Source: a virus (taxonomy: Duplodnaviria > Heunggongvirae > Uroviricota > Caudoviricetes). Taken from it: a stretch of 19,198 nucleotides of DNA. This document shows, one piece after another, positions 8,024 through 17,503 of the stretch (positions are counted from its first letter, which is position 1; every line of letters starts with the position of its first letter). A program made the position numbers and the translations under genes. The notes under the pieces were generated by a model. It had not been told where the DNA came from and did no database searches. It was given only the letters and a program-made list of their open reading frames with translations. The stretch lies in IMG/VR virus record IMGVR_UViG_2585427781_000003; one strand, written 5' to 3'.

Positions 8024-9139
8024 TTAAATCCCTGCTTTTCTGAATACCTGTGCATCACGCTCACGGAGCTGCTTCAGCGTCAGCCATTCGCCTTTATCGG
8101 TGTAAAATTCATCTGGCGACATACCACCATCCCGAATCAGCTTTGCTCGGGTTTCCCCCACAATCTGTTTTTGTCTGGTGTAAGGCTGACGCAAAAACCA
8201 TTCCCTGTAGGTTGTATCTCCGGCCACCACGCCATCCATGCTGGCCCGCTCAGCCGGGGAAATATCGCGAACATCAATACCCAGTTCCTTCGCTGATTTC
8301 AGAATGAACGTTTCCGTTGAGCGGCAGCAGAAATGAATTTTTCCCGGCCCCTGCAAATAAGGCACGCTGTGACCTACAGGTTTATTATTCAGCGTATATT
8401 TGAGGCGATCCCTGATTCGACATTGTGGCGTAGTACGATTATCAAGCGTTGATAACCATTGCTTACCCTTAATCAAATCATTATTCGCGCTGGCAAAACT
8501 CTCACGGGCAGTAGCAGCAAGATGTCCAACCGCTGTTTTTGCAATGCTGGCCGCATTAGCCCGGCTCATCTGCAATGCACCATCCTGAAATCCCTTACTG
8601 ACATGTCCCCGAATTTTTCTTGCGATCTGCTCATTGGTATCCCCCAGCAAAAAACCCTGACGCACTGTATTTGTTATGCGTCTGAGCCGATCCGCCTCAA
8701 GATCTGAGGCCCACTCACTGAGCAGTCGTCCCTGGAATGGTCGCGCCATTGCAGCGGCATAAAGTGCATCAGGAGAGATACCAACCAGAGGGTGAACATC
8801 AGCAACAAAATCAGGTAGCATAGAATCAAACAGACTTAACTGATAACCAGCCTCATAAATTGCCAGCTCGTTCAGCTCTCCGGAGAGACTGGTAAACATG
8901 CTGTTAATAGCAGTGCGGTTAACCTTTCTGACGCTCGCCAGAAGTGACTCCAGGCGCTTAACGGTAAAATTACCTGGATCGAGGCTGTCCAGTGCTATCA
9001 GCAGGCGAGCAGTAAGTTCCGCATCGCTGTCATTCAGTATTTTCACCATTCTGGCAGCCACGCCAGTGCTATAGCGGGATATCCAGACTGCATGAGCAAT
9101 TGATTCATCACGCAGCCGTTCATTCACGGTTTGCATCAT
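8024..9139 (-). CDS. Head morphogenesis protein, SPP1 gp7 / Mu F-like
   Basis: 371-aa ORF containing WLSTLDNRTTPQCR, the hallmark TTPxC motif of this family; immediately downstream of the portal gene. Confidence 0.85.
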   Translation of the reverse strand: MMQTVNERLRDESIAHAVWISRYSTGVAARMVKILNDSDAELTARLLIALDSLDPGNFTVKRLESLLASVRKVNRTAINSMFTSLSGELNELAIYEAGYQLSLFDSMLPDFVADVHPLVGISPDALYAAAMARPFQGRLLSEWASDLEADRLRRITNTVRQGFLLGDTNEQIARKIRGHVSKGFQDGALQMSRANAASIAKTAVGHLAATARESFASANNDLIKGKQWLSTLDNRTTPQCRIRDRLKYTLNNKPVGHSVPYLQGPGKIHFCCRSTETFILKSAKELGIDVRDISPAERASMDGVVAGDTTYREWFLRQPYTRQKQIVGETRAKLIRDGGMSPDEFYTDKGEWLTLKQLRERDAQVFRKAGI

Positions 9140-10526
9140 TGATTTCCATCAGCATTACACTCTGATTTTTTAATTCATCGATCACTTCCTCTGGACGGGA
9201 ATCCTGATCGATAAATTTCAACGCCTGCAACACCCGAACCGCATCAATCTGACGTATATCACCGCCCTGACGCAATGACTGAACAGCCAGCGCGGAGGAT
9301 GAGTCAAACACCTGGGCAGATACATCCAGTTCAGTGCGCACATCCACATTGCCACCGCAACTCTCTCCGATCCATTCCGCCATTATCTGGAGAATATTAT
9401 CGAGGGCATCTTCGAGGGAGTTCGCCATTGTATAAAGCGGCGAGTTTTCCTGCATTCGCTCTTCATTAGTCTGATCAACAGATTTGGTGGATGTATTTTC
9501 AGCACGCAGAAGTTTAGCGCCGGCATGACGCATCTGATTTTCCAGCTTCTCAAGTGATGTTTCGCCAGATTCTATCGCTGCGCCACTATGTTCAACATAT
9601 TCGAGGCCATTTTTTGTTCTGTCCTCAAAAATCGTAGCGGTGGATGCACCAACCGTCAGTTCTTCATTCCTGTCCAGCCCGTAGGCCACCAGCAATGGAA
9701 CGCGGGTAACATAAAGAATATTGTCCTGCTCGCTCTGGCTTTGCCAGTGCTTGATATTCAGCAAGCCAAGATTAAGCAATGGCGGTGTACCACGCATAAA
9801 TCCTGTTTTCTTCGTGTACAGTGTTACCAGAGGAATATCATCACGGCTGGTATTCCATGACTCATGAAGCGTCCAGACAGATTCGCCATTAGTGCCTTCG
9901 CTACGTCGATAAATTTCAACTCGACGGGGCATAATATGGCGGATCTGCTCCACCTTCTTCTGCCCGAAATCATCACCATCAATAATGATGACCTCTTTTA
10001 TACGCAAATCAGTGAGAACAACTTTCCCTTTTTCAACTTTCGATTTCCATCCAATAACCTGGCGTGGATTCAGCATCGTAACGTACGGACGACCACCGGT
10101 CGCGTTTTCATCGGCTTTTGTACGAATCTCTTTCATATCCGTTCGTGGATAGTCCACCAGCGCATGTGCCACACCATACTGAAATGCGAGGCTGAAAAAT
10201 TGCTGCGCCCACACATCCAGTCGGCTCCCCTCCATGTCGATATTTTCTGCATATTCCCTGATTTTTGCCGGCGTTTCCTCACTCAATACTGTCGGCTCTG
10301 CAAATATGCGCCCAATATTTTGCTTGATGCTTTCTTCATACACAGGAAGTAGCGTAGCCACAGACAGGCGTTTTTTATAAGCGTCTTCATCTTCGTTAGG
10401 CCATTTTGGGAGATAATTTTCCCCCTGCCTGCGCATTTCAAGCGTACCGCCCATCAGTGCGTCGTTAATATCCCACGCCTCCAGCATATCGTTATAGTCG
10501 AGGTTGGGTGTTGATATATCAGCCAT
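9120..10526 (-). CDS. Portal protein (putative)
   Basis: 468-aa ORF immediately downstream of the terminase large subunit (stop TAA then TT then ATG). Assignment is by position and size; I did not recognise a specific portal family. Confidence 0.7.
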   Translation of the reverse strand: MADISTPNLDYNDMLEAWDINDALMGGTLEMRRQGENYLPKWPNEDEDAYKKRLSVATLLPVYEESIKQNIGRIFAEPTVLSEETPAKIREYAENIDMEGSRLDVWAQQFFSLAFQYGVAHALVDYPRTDMKEIRTKADENATGGRPYVTMLNPRQVIGWKSKVEKGKVVLTDLRIKEVIIIDGDDFGQKKVEQIRHIMPRRVEIYRRSEGTNGESVWTLHESWNTSRDDIPLVTLYTKKTGFMRGTPPLLNLGLLNIKHWQSQSEQDNILYVTRVPLLVAYGLDRNEELTVGASTATIFEDRTKNGLEYVEHSGAAIESGETSLEKLENQMRHAGAKLLRAENTSTKSVDQTNEERMQENSPLYTMANSLEDALDNILQIMAEWIGESCGGNVDVRTELDVSAQVFDSSSALAVQSLRQGGDIRQIDAVRVLQALKFIDQDSRPEEVIDELKNQSVMLMEINDANRE

Positions 10527-10528
10527 AA

Positions 10529-11830
10529 TTAAATCCGAAGTGATGTGACTCTTCCGGTCGGTTTGACAATAGGGAATTGCTTAACGATGAAATAACCTCC
10601 GGCATCATTCGGGTGATCATTGCCAGATTTTTTATCAGGCTCCCCCTTCTCATCCCAGACCTGTTGCTCCAGAGATTCGGCATATAACGGGCAACGCTTC
10701 ACATTAACTTTATAGCGACGCTCACCATTGGCATTGCAGAACATTGCATTCATTGAGTTAACGCGATCTTTTACTGGCGGGGTCGAGCTGTTCACCACAA
10801 CGTTAAAACCAGCCTGCTTAAGCTGGGCTATATCCGTCGTACTTGCGTTACTTGATTTTCTGGAATCCCCGGAAGCATCTGGATAAATATAAATTTCCCT
10901 CACTTTCCGGTAATCATTCCCATCATACAGCCAGAAGCGTTCTTTAATGATGCGGATCATATCCGGCGTATCGTAGGCATTGATGATTTCAGTTACCGCA
11001 CATGGAAGCCCCAAACGCAGCACATGGACGATTCCCGCCATCTTTCCAACGTTAAAATCCATCCCAATATAAATCGGCTCCCCTGGCTGCTCCACTTCTT
11101 CGCAATTATTCAGTTTCCGGTCAAACTGATGGTAAACAGTACCACTTGTCAGGTTAGTAAACTGTCCTCGAAGATAGGCTTTAATCAGCTCTGGAGGGTA
11201 TGATTCAAGAAGCGAAGGAATGTAATCTGCTGGCAGGTTCTTTTCATTATCGAAAGTAGATGCCTGCACCAGACCATACAGTGAGGCCAGCTCTGTTTTT
11301 TCACGCACGGCTTTAACAAACTGCTCGTAGACAAATTTGAATCCTTCCGGCGTGGTTGTAACGTCAATACCGTTGCGAAGTCCATCAATCTTATAACGCA
11401 TACGTGCAATTATCTTGCGCCACGCCGTTCTGGCTTTTTCCTTCGGCAAAATGTCCAGTTCATCCACCAACGCATTACCAATTTTGAAATCGACGATCGT
11501 TTGTGGCTTCTCCATCGATCTGCAGATAGTGGTTCCCCGATACTGGCGTCCGTAATAAAAGTGAACCTCTTTATTTCCCTCATTAATTTTTACGTTCAAT
11601 CCCCAGTCAGCAGCAACTTCTTCCACTGTAGGGTAAAAAATATCGCGAATTTGGGGATACGTTGGCGCAAAATATCCCTGATTTATACCTGGATGCTCCC
11701 AAATCCCCTTGCATATGCCGCCACACCCAACCCATGTTTTGCCCGAGCCAAAACCAGCAATATAGGCTTTAAATTTATGGGGCATTGAAAGAAATCGCGC
11801 CTGAGGCACATTAAGCGTCGGAGAGATCAT
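10529..11830 (-). CDS. Terminase large subunit
   Basis: Walker A-like AGFGSGKT near the N-terminus and a nuclease-type C-terminal half. Start chosen at ATG 11830 (AAGGAG 8 nt upstream); the track ORF begins at GTG 11839. Confidence 0.88.
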   Translation of the reverse strand: MISPTLNVPQARFLSMPHKFKAYIAGFGSGKTWVGCGGICKGIWEHPGINQGYFAPTYPQIRDIFYPTVEEVAADWGLNVKINEGNKEVHFYYGRQYRGTTICRSMEKPQTIVDFKIGNALVDELDILPKEKARTAWRKIIARMRYKIDGLRNGIDVTTTPEGFKFVYEQFVKAVREKTELASLYGLVQASTFDNEKNLPADYIPSLLESYPPELIKAYLRGQFTNLTSGTVYHQFDRKLNNCEEVEQPGEPIYIGMDFNVGKMAGIVHVLRLGLPCAVTEIINAYDTPDMIRIIKERFWLYDGNDYRKVREIYIYPDASGDSRKSSNASTTDIAQLKQAGFNVVVNSSTPPVKDRVNSMNAMFCNANGERRYKVNVKRCPLYAESLEQQVWDEKGEPDKKSGNDHPNDAGGYFIVKQFPIVKPTGRVTSLRI

Positions 11831-12905
11831 CTTCATCACTCCTTACTCTGGCATCAACCACATTAATATTGATCGCCACAGGCTGGGGATGTTCATTATC
11901 TTCCACCGTTTCGATCTCTTTGCGCAGCTTCTGGTTTTCCATTCTGCGCCGTTCAATTTCCAGTTCCTGTAGCCGTTTATCTGCACATAAAGCCCCGCCA
12001 GCAGAAAACAAACGCAACAATTCACGCCGGGCGGCAGCCTTATCCTCCAGCAGGATCTCAACGCCGAATTTTCCGAATTTTGCCCCTGCATATAATTGCC
12101 GCGCATCCCCATCAAGCAGAGTGGTATCAGCCATATAAAGCTGTCCCGTTCCCTCACCGCAGCACTTCGGGCAGTCCGGATTGGGTATGGCGTTATCAAC
12201 AAAGCCGAGGCCTCCATATTCCGGTTCGGGTTTGCCATCTCTGGAAGCCTGCGCCGCTGCCTTGTCGAATTCTGCTATATCGCGCCACTGGTAGAGATGA
12301 TTCTCGCCCCAGCAATAACGGCAGTTAACACGGCGAAATTGTGCAAGCTGATTGGGGTCGGCCAGGACAATAGCCATCAACTGACTCACTAGTAAATCCA
12401 GGTCTGCGGTATAGCGTTTCTGGTACTGATTGCGGAAGTAGCTGATAGCGCGAAAAACCCTGGCATTTCTAAGCATACGACTGGCGTTGCTGTTAGCTGT
12501 CGCACCTTGCCCCTCATAACCGGCTAGTCGGTACGCCTCTGTCGGCTTTTTACCCTGAGCAACAAGCATCGCAAACTTAGCCTGCTGGTCAGAAATGCCG
12601 AATTCATCGGGACAGAACGAAAATTCCTCCGCGTCGCCCTCATTCAGGCCCGCATCGAATACTGGCTTTTTTTCCTGAGATTTTTCGTTCCGCTTTTGTG
12701 CAGTCTGCGCAGATTTTTTCTGCGCACTTTTTTGCGCAGTTTTGCACATTTCTGTCTGCGCATTTTTCGGAGTTTTTTTGATGTAACGACGGGCTGTTGC
12801 GTAATTCAGTCCCCTTGCTTCACACCATGCCACCGGAGATATACCGGAGCGGGTGTATTCAGCAATATACTCCTGCTGCAACGCCCCCCAGTCCGGTCTG
12901 CTCAT
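11811..12905 (-). CDS. Terminase small subunit (unusually long, 364 aa)
   Basis: N-terminal HTH-like segment, an AMLVAQGKKPTEAYRLAGY motif typical of small terminase subunits, and a 20-nt overlap with the terminase large subunit start. Confidence 0.8.
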   Translation of the reverse strand: MSRPDWGALQQEYIAEYTRSGISPVAWCEARGLNYATARRYIKKTPKNAQTEMCKTAQKSAQKKSAQTAQKRNEKSQEKKPVFDAGLNEGDAEEFSFCPDEFGISDQQAKFAMLVAQGKKPTEAYRLAGYEGQGATANSNASRMLRNARVFRAISYFRNQYQKRYTADLDLLVSQLMAIVLADPNQLAQFRRVNCRYCWGENHLYQWRDIAEFDKAAAQASRDGKPEPEYGGLGFVDNAIPNPDCPKCCGEGTGQLYMADTTLLDGDARQLYAGAKFGKFGVEILLEDKAAARRELLRLFSAGGALCADKRLQELEIERRRMENQKLRKEIETVEDNEHPQPVAININVVDARVRSDEDDLSDA

Positions 12906-12908
12906 CAG

Positions 12909-13160
12909 TTAGTCCTGATTTTTATCCACCCTGAGTAGTTCGCGCAGAGCAAAGGCATCCCCTTTTCTGGCAAGCTTAAACAATGCCGCTCGTAACTCGG
13001 CTTCACCTTTCGCTCTGCCCTTACGGATGGCCGCATAAAAATCTGTCATTGCTTCCCGATTTTCTTTCAGTCGGTTCAGATCAACATCCAGAACGTCAGC
13101 GATTTGTTGTGCAGTCATCCGGCACGCTGCCAGAGACTCGACTTTCGAATACGGAATCAT
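12909..13160 (-). CDS. Small HTH-type DNA-binding protein (function unknown)
   Basis: 83-aa ORF; ATG at 13160 preceded by GGGGGTGA; HTH-like segment MTAQQIADVLDVD; sits immediately upstream of the terminase small subunit. Confidence 0.6.
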   Translation of the reverse strand: MIPYSKVESLAACRMTAQQIADVLDVDLNRLKENREAMTDFYAAIRKGRAKGEAELRAALFKLARKGDAFALRELLRVDKNQD

Positions 13161-14028
13161 TTGTCACCCCCATTGATATGCAGGGTGTCTTCTTCCTGTA
13201 TTTTTCGTGAAGGATTTTTACTGCAGCGTTGTTCCAGGTGACCTGATGGTGAATGCGTTTATGGCTGGCACCCATCAGTGAGATTTTTACGCACGACGGC
13301 GCATACATGACGGAGTAAAAACTTTTAACGTAGGTTCCGGAATCCAGATACAGCTCGGTCATTCCGCCGCTGTTTTTCTGCGTCTGTTTCTGCCCTAACT
13401 GGACAGCACCGATCGTCATAAACAATTCACCACAGCGACCGAGATTCGTGTACGTATTCACATCCTCGTTAATGCGCCCCATGAATGAGAACGGTCGATC
13501 AACCGAACAGATAAAGCTGTTCATTGCCTTGCGTTTCACCCACGAAGCATGGCCGCCATTGTCACCAAGAAAATCCCCGCCCTGCGACATAGCGATGGAA
13601 AGAGCAGGTATTGATTCGTAGTACGCCAGCATTTCAGAAAGGATCGCATCCAGTTTCCTTATCGGAAAATAGGCCTGGTCATAGTTGCGATCCACCCGAA
13701 ACTGGAACTCGTGATAATCATCATCGAGCTGAATGAAGTATTTACACCCGACCAGTTTTGCCAGGTCGAAACAGGCATTACGGGCGTAAAAAATTGAGCG
13801 GCGGTCACAGAAATTATCGGCTTCGTCAAAACGACTGGCGATATCGGCTTTGGAAAACACCAGCACCTGTTCACCAAATTCAGCCATGTACTGATTTCGT
13901 GTCTTATCTTCATCATCAACAACGATAAAAATTTTCCCGGTATAGCCAGCACGACGCAACGTCCGGTAAGTCAGAACTTTGTCCGGTCGCCCGTGAGTCA
14001 GAATAAAGGCGCAAAAATCATCACGCAT
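13096..14028 (-). CDS. GT-A-fold-like nucleotide-sugar transferase candidate (hypothetical)
   Basis: ATG at 14028 preceded by GAGGAGGAGGAAT and overlapping the ParB-like stop (ATGCGTGA). Pattern FILTHGRP...IFIVVDDED...YFIQLDDDY is beta-alpha-beta followed by a DxD-type acidic motif. No transmembrane segments. Function is inferred from these motifs only. Confidence 0.55.
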   Translation of the reverse strand: MRDDFCAFILTHGRPDKVLTYRTLRRAGYTGKIFIVVDDEDKTRNQYMAEFGEQVLVFSKADIASRFDEADNFCDRRSIFYARNACFDLAKLVGCKYFIQLDDDYHEFQFRVDRNYDQAYFPIRKLDAILSEMLAYYESIPALSIAMSQGGDFLGDNGGHASWVKRKAMNSFICSVDRPFSFMGRINEDVNTYTNLGRCGELFMTIGAVQLGQKQTQKNSGGMTELYLDSGTYVKSFYSVMYAPSCVKISLMGASHKRIHHQVTWNNAAVKILHEKYRKKTPCISMGVTNDSVFESRVSGSVPDDCTTNR

Positions 14029-14812
14029 ATTCCTCCTCCTCACCACCATGCATGATCTCCACCATGCGCTGCGTCATCCGGACAAATCCATTTTCAATAG
14101 CCTGCTGATAATCAATGATCACCAGCGCCGACTCCTCGAAAAAACACTGAATTTCAGAGGGGGCGTGAGCGTAATAGTCCGCAATTCTGCTGAAATTAAA
14201 CACCGTGTGACGTTCTGCCGCACACAGGAGGAATTTCTCAATATCAGGCTCAAGGGACGCCGAACGTATCCGGCTGATCAGCTCCTGAGTTTTCGTATCG
14301 TCGTACAGTTCACTGATATCCGGTTTACCGCCCGACGGCTCATAAACAGGCGTATCAATTTTCGTCGTATACGGCTCCTCCTCATTTCCTGTACCGGGCA
14401 AAACATCCGTCAACAGTTCATCAATTTCTGTCGGGATGAAGCCTGTCAGGGAGACATCAAAATCAGCATTGATTAGGTCCGACAGCTCCATCCGCAACAG
14501 ATCTTCATCCCAGCCAGCATTCATCGGCAGGCGATTATCTGCCAGGCGGTACGCCTTTTTCTGCTCATCCGTCAGGCCAGACAGAACAATGACCGGAACA
14601 GAATCCATTTTGAGCATTTCAGCCGCCATAACACGACCGTGACCCGCAATAATTTCGCCCTTTTCGTCAATCAGCACCGGATTAGTCCAGCCGAATTGCT
14701 TAATACTTTCTACCAGTTGTGCCACCTGCTCAGGGCTGTGCGTCCTGGCGTTGTGCGCATACGGTGACAATTCTTGTAATGGGCGATAGACTATCTTTAA
14801 TTTCTCGCTCAT
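14021..14812 (-). CDS. ParB-like nuclease domain protein
   Basis: 263 aa; the N-terminal ~100 aa (YRPLQELSPYAHNARTHSPEQVAQLVESIKQFGWTNPVLIDEKGEIIAGHGR) matches the ParB/sulfiredoxin-type N-domain pattern; acidic C-terminus. ATG at 14812 with an AAGG RBS. Confidence 0.78.
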   Translation of the reverse strand: MSEKLKIVYRPLQELSPYAHNARTHSPEQVAQLVESIKQFGWTNPVLIDEKGEIIAGHGRVMAAEMLKMDSVPVIVLSGLTDEQKKAYRLADNRLPMNAGWDEDLLRMELSDLINADFDVSLTGFIPTEIDELLTDVLPGTGNEEEPYTTKIDTPVYEPSGGKPDISELYDDTKTQELISRIRSASLEPDIEKFLLCAAERHTVFNFSRIADYYAHAPSEIQCFFEESALVIIDYQQAIENGFVRMTQRMVEIMHGGEEEEYA

Positions 14813-14825
14813 ACAGCCTTGCTTT

Positions 14826-14863
14826 ATGAATAAAACGCACCCCAGCAGCCAGTGCTACTGGGG
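14826..14863 (-). terminator. Possible terminator downstream of trkG
   Basis: Minus strand CCCCAG (12-nt loop) CTGGGG then TGCGTTTTATTCAT, between the trkG stop (14950) and the ParB-like start. The large loop and spacer make it weak. Confidence 0.35.
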
Positions 14864-14949
14864 ACGGAGGGGTTGCTGGTAAAGTTAGGTATTGGATCAA
14901 TGAGTGAGTCAACATAATATTAAACTCACAATTATAAATCAGCCATATA

Positions 14950-16407
14950 TTAGGAGCGCCAAAAAAAACCTGAAAACAATATAATAACAGGATAAATTTC
15001 AAGGCGACCAAGAATCATAGCTATGCACATTAAACATTTTGCAATGTCATTAAGCACTCCGAATGACGATGCAGTAGCCCCAAAACCTAATCCCATATTA
15101 TTAATACATGCAGCCACTGTTGCAAATGATGTAAGAAAATCATATCCCATACCATTTAACACCAGTATAAAAAACACCGTGAAGAGAGTATAAAGAAAAA
15201 AGAAACTCCATACAGACCTCATTACACGATCTGTAACTATCTTCCCTCCTACATTTACACTCAACAACGCTCTGGGATGAGAAAGCTGATTTATCTCGTG
15301 TTTGCTTTGTTTGAAAAGTATAAGAAATCGAAGTGACTTAATTCCACCACAAGTTGAACCTATACATCCCCCAAAGAAACTTGACAACAGCAAAAACACT
15401 ATCGTGTGCGTGGGCCAACTTGCATAATCCTGCGTAGCTAAACCATTATCAGTGAGCATGGAGCTGGCAAGAAAAAACGAATGAATAAAACTTCCATGCA
15501 AGTCATACATACCTATATGCCAGACCTGGAAAGAGGTAACAATGATCACCCCTAAGGCTATTAACAGAAAGAAACGAAGTTCAATATCTCTGATTAAAGG
15601 TTTTATCGTTTTCCTGCTAATAACAATATACCAAAGAGTGAAGTTGAAAGCCGATAGCAGGGAAAAAGAACCAGCCACCAGCTCAACCAAATAGTTATTA
15701 AAATATCCGATACTCTCGCTATGAGTTGAGAAACCACCAAGCGAAACTGTGGAAATCCCGTGACAAATAGCATCAAACAAAGGCATTCCTGCAAGTCTAT
15801 AACAGACAATACAAGCAATACCTAATAAAGAATAAGTTATCCACAGTGTCCGTGACGTATCGGCCAGGCGGGGAGTGAGTTTGTCATCCTTAAATGGCCC
15901 CGGCATTTCTGACTGATAAAGCTTTGCACCACCAATACCCAATAATGGCAATACAGCAACCGCCAGAACAATAACTCCTAAACCACCTATAAAATTTAAC
16001 TGTGACCGATAGTACAAATATGCCCGAGGTAATGAACTAACATCATCAATTACAGTTGCTCCTGTTGTTGTTATTCCAGAAACCCCTTCAAACAGAGCAT
16101 CAATGAACGTTAAATTAAGTTCTGAGTCAATCCATAAAGGGAATGCACTAATAACAGAAAACAAAATCCAAAACATTACAATTATAATAAACCCATCACG
16201 GGTACGTAATTGAATGCCAGATTTCTTAGTTGTATACCACGCTCCGCCACCAATGCAAAAAAATATAACGAAAGTTATAAAGAAAACGAACAGGCTTTTT
16301 TCTTTATAAAACAATGCTACAACCATTGGTGGCAACATTGAAAGACTATAGAGCCAAACCAGGAACCCACACATATGAGTAACAACTCTTACATGAGATG
16401 TATTCAT
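14950..16407 (-). CDS. trkG: TrkH/TrkG-family potassium uptake membrane protein
   Basis: 485 aa from ATG 16407 (MNTSHVRVVTHMCGFLVWLYSL...); polytopic membrane protein with repeated GxG-type selectivity-filter-like loops. The sequence matches what I recall of TrkG from the E. coli K-12 Rac prophage. Visibly AT-rich relative to its neighbours. Confidence 0.93.
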   Translation of the reverse strand: MNTSHVRVVTHMCGFLVWLYSLSMLPPMVVALFYKEKSLFVFFITFVIFFCIGGGAWYTTKKSGIQLRTRDGFIIIVMFWILFSVISAFPLWIDSELNLTFIDALFEGVSGITTTGATVIDDVSSLPRAYLYYRSQLNFIGGLGVIVLAVAVLPLLGIGGAKLYQSEMPGPFKDDKLTPRLADTSRTLWITYSLLGIACIVCYRLAGMPLFDAICHGISTVSLGGFSTHSESIGYFNNYLVELVAGSFSLLSAFNFTLWYIVISRKTIKPLIRDIELRFFLLIALGVIIVTSFQVWHIGMYDLHGSFIHSFFLASSMLTDNGLATQDYASWPTHTIVFLLLSSFFGGCIGSTCGGIKSLRFLILFKQSKHEINQLSHPRALLSVNVGGKIVTDRVMRSVWSFFFLYTLFTVFFILVLNGMGYDFLTSFATVAACINNMGLGFGATASSFGVLNDIAKCLMCIAMILGRLEIYPVIILFSGFFWRS

Positions 16408-16544
16408 ATCTAAATATTCTTTCAATTATAACCACCTTGCTGCAATATTATGATTATACTGTATAAAATTTAACTCCTCTTAGATCTTACTTCACTGTTC
16501 CTTATGAAACAATCATCAAAATGAATCATATTGTAGTTAAGATT

Positions 16545-17009
16545 TTACTTTAAACACTGCTCGGTTATGTATTGCTGAGCACCTTCAAGTTGGGCCTGCA
16601 TCATTACCAGTCGTTCCCGGAGGGTGAAATAATCCCGTTCAGCGGTGTCTGCCAGTCGGGGGGAGGCTGCATTATCCACGCCGGAGGCGGTGGTGGCTTC
16701 ACGCACTGACTGACAGACTGCTTTGATGTGCAACCGACGACGACCAGCGGCAACATCATCACGCAGAACATCATTTTCAGCTTTCGCATCAGCTAACTCC
16801 TTCGTGTATTTTGCATCGAGCGCAGCAACATCACGCTGACGCATCTGCATGTCAGTAATTGCCGCGTTCGCCAGCTTCAGTTCTCTGGCATTTTTGTCGC
16901 GCTGTTCTTTGTAGGCGATGGCGTTATCACGGTAATGATTAACACCCCATGACAGGCAGACGACGATGCAGATAACCAGAGCGGAGATAATCGCGGTTAC
17001 TCTGTTCAT
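16545..17009 (-). CDS. Rz i-spanin
   Basis: ATG at 17009 overlaps the endolysin stop (ATGA). N-terminal TM segment ([16 protein letters not shown]) followed by a coiled-coil periplasmic domain. Confidence 0.9.
   Translation of the reverse strand: MNRVTAIISALVICIVVCLSWGVNHYRDNAIAYKEQRDKNARELKLANAAITDMQMRQRDVAALDAKYTKELADAKAENDVLRDDVAAGRRRLHIKAVCQSVREATTASGVDNAASPRLADTAERDYFTLRERLVMMQAQLEGAQQYITEQCLK
16604..16789 (-). CDS. Rz1 o-spanin lipoprotein, embedded in Rz in the +1 frame
   Basis: 61 aa, [20 protein letters not shown] lipobox, proline-rich ([16 protein letters not shown]), lying entirely inside Rz. Confidence 0.9.
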   Translation of the reverse strand: MRKLKMMFCVMMLPLVVVGCTSKQSVSQCVKPPPPPAWIMQPPPDWQTPLNGIISPSGNDW

Positions 17010-17503
17010 TGCTGACCCCACAAACAGATTTCACGCTCAATCTCACGACGAGTCATGAGACCTTTCCATTGCTTACCGCCAGCATATGTCCAGCGACGTA
17101 GCTGATCACATGCGCCTTTGATATCGCCCTGGTTTATTTTGCGAAGAAGCGTCGATGTTCTGAAATTGCCAGCACCCACGTTGTAAACGAATGAGTAAAG
17201 AGCGCCGCGCGTTGTTTCCGGTATATCGACTTTGATGTACGGGTTAATTTGTCTGGCGACCGTGGCAAGGTCTTTATTCAGGAGGGCTTTGCATTCTGCT
17301 TTGGTATACGTTTTACCGAGCATGATGTCTTTTCCTGTATGCCCGTGACATACAGTCCATACACCAACAATATCTTTGTATGGTATGTAGCTGACACCTT
17401 CCAGACCATCGTTACCACTTGGGCCAGTGATTAACACTGATGCTATAGCAATTGCTCCGCCACCAATAGCAGCAGCAACGACTTTTCGTAATGATGGAGG
17501 CAT
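17006..17503 (-). CDS. SAR endolysin (T4 lysozyme-type, phage 21 R-like)
   Basis: 165 aa with a Gly/Ala-rich N-terminal signal-arrest-release segment ([20 protein letters not shown]) and catalytic E...D...T spacing ([16 protein letters not shown]). RBS GAGGTGA; start overlaps the holin stop (TAATG). Confidence 0.93.
   Translation of the reverse strand: MPPSLRKVVAAAIGGGAIAIASVLITGPSGNDGLEGVSYIPYKDIVGVWTVCHGHTGKDIMLGKTYTKAECKALLNKDLATVARQINPYIKVDIPETTRGALYSFVYNVGAGNFRTSTLLRKINQGDIKGACDQLRRWTYAGGKQWKGLMTRREIEREICLWGQQ

Noticed and set aside
9864-10352. 162-aa plus-strand ORF, the largest plus-strand ORF in the window
   Set aside because: Lies wholly inside the portal gene on the opposite strand; no RBS and no recognisable domain. 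The same applies to the other plus-strand track ORFs (2597, 3113, 3814, 7104, 7184, 7761, 8015, 8050, 8400, 8459, 9275, 9588, 11501, 11869, 12080, 12096, 12696, 12983, 14048, 14436, 17249).
16426-16544. Specific promoter call for trkG
   Set aside because: Several TATAAT-like hexamers occur in this AT-rich gap but none has a convincing -35 at correct spacing, so I left it as a regulatory region noted in the trkG finding rather than a feature.
16604-17440. Shared PSGND peptide between the Rz1 C-terminus (ISPSGNDW) and the endolysin ([12 protein letters not shown])
   Set aside because: The codons differ (CCC TCC GGG AAC GAC versus CCA AGT GGT AAC GAT), so there is no nucleotide repeat; a 5-residue match is most likely coincidence.
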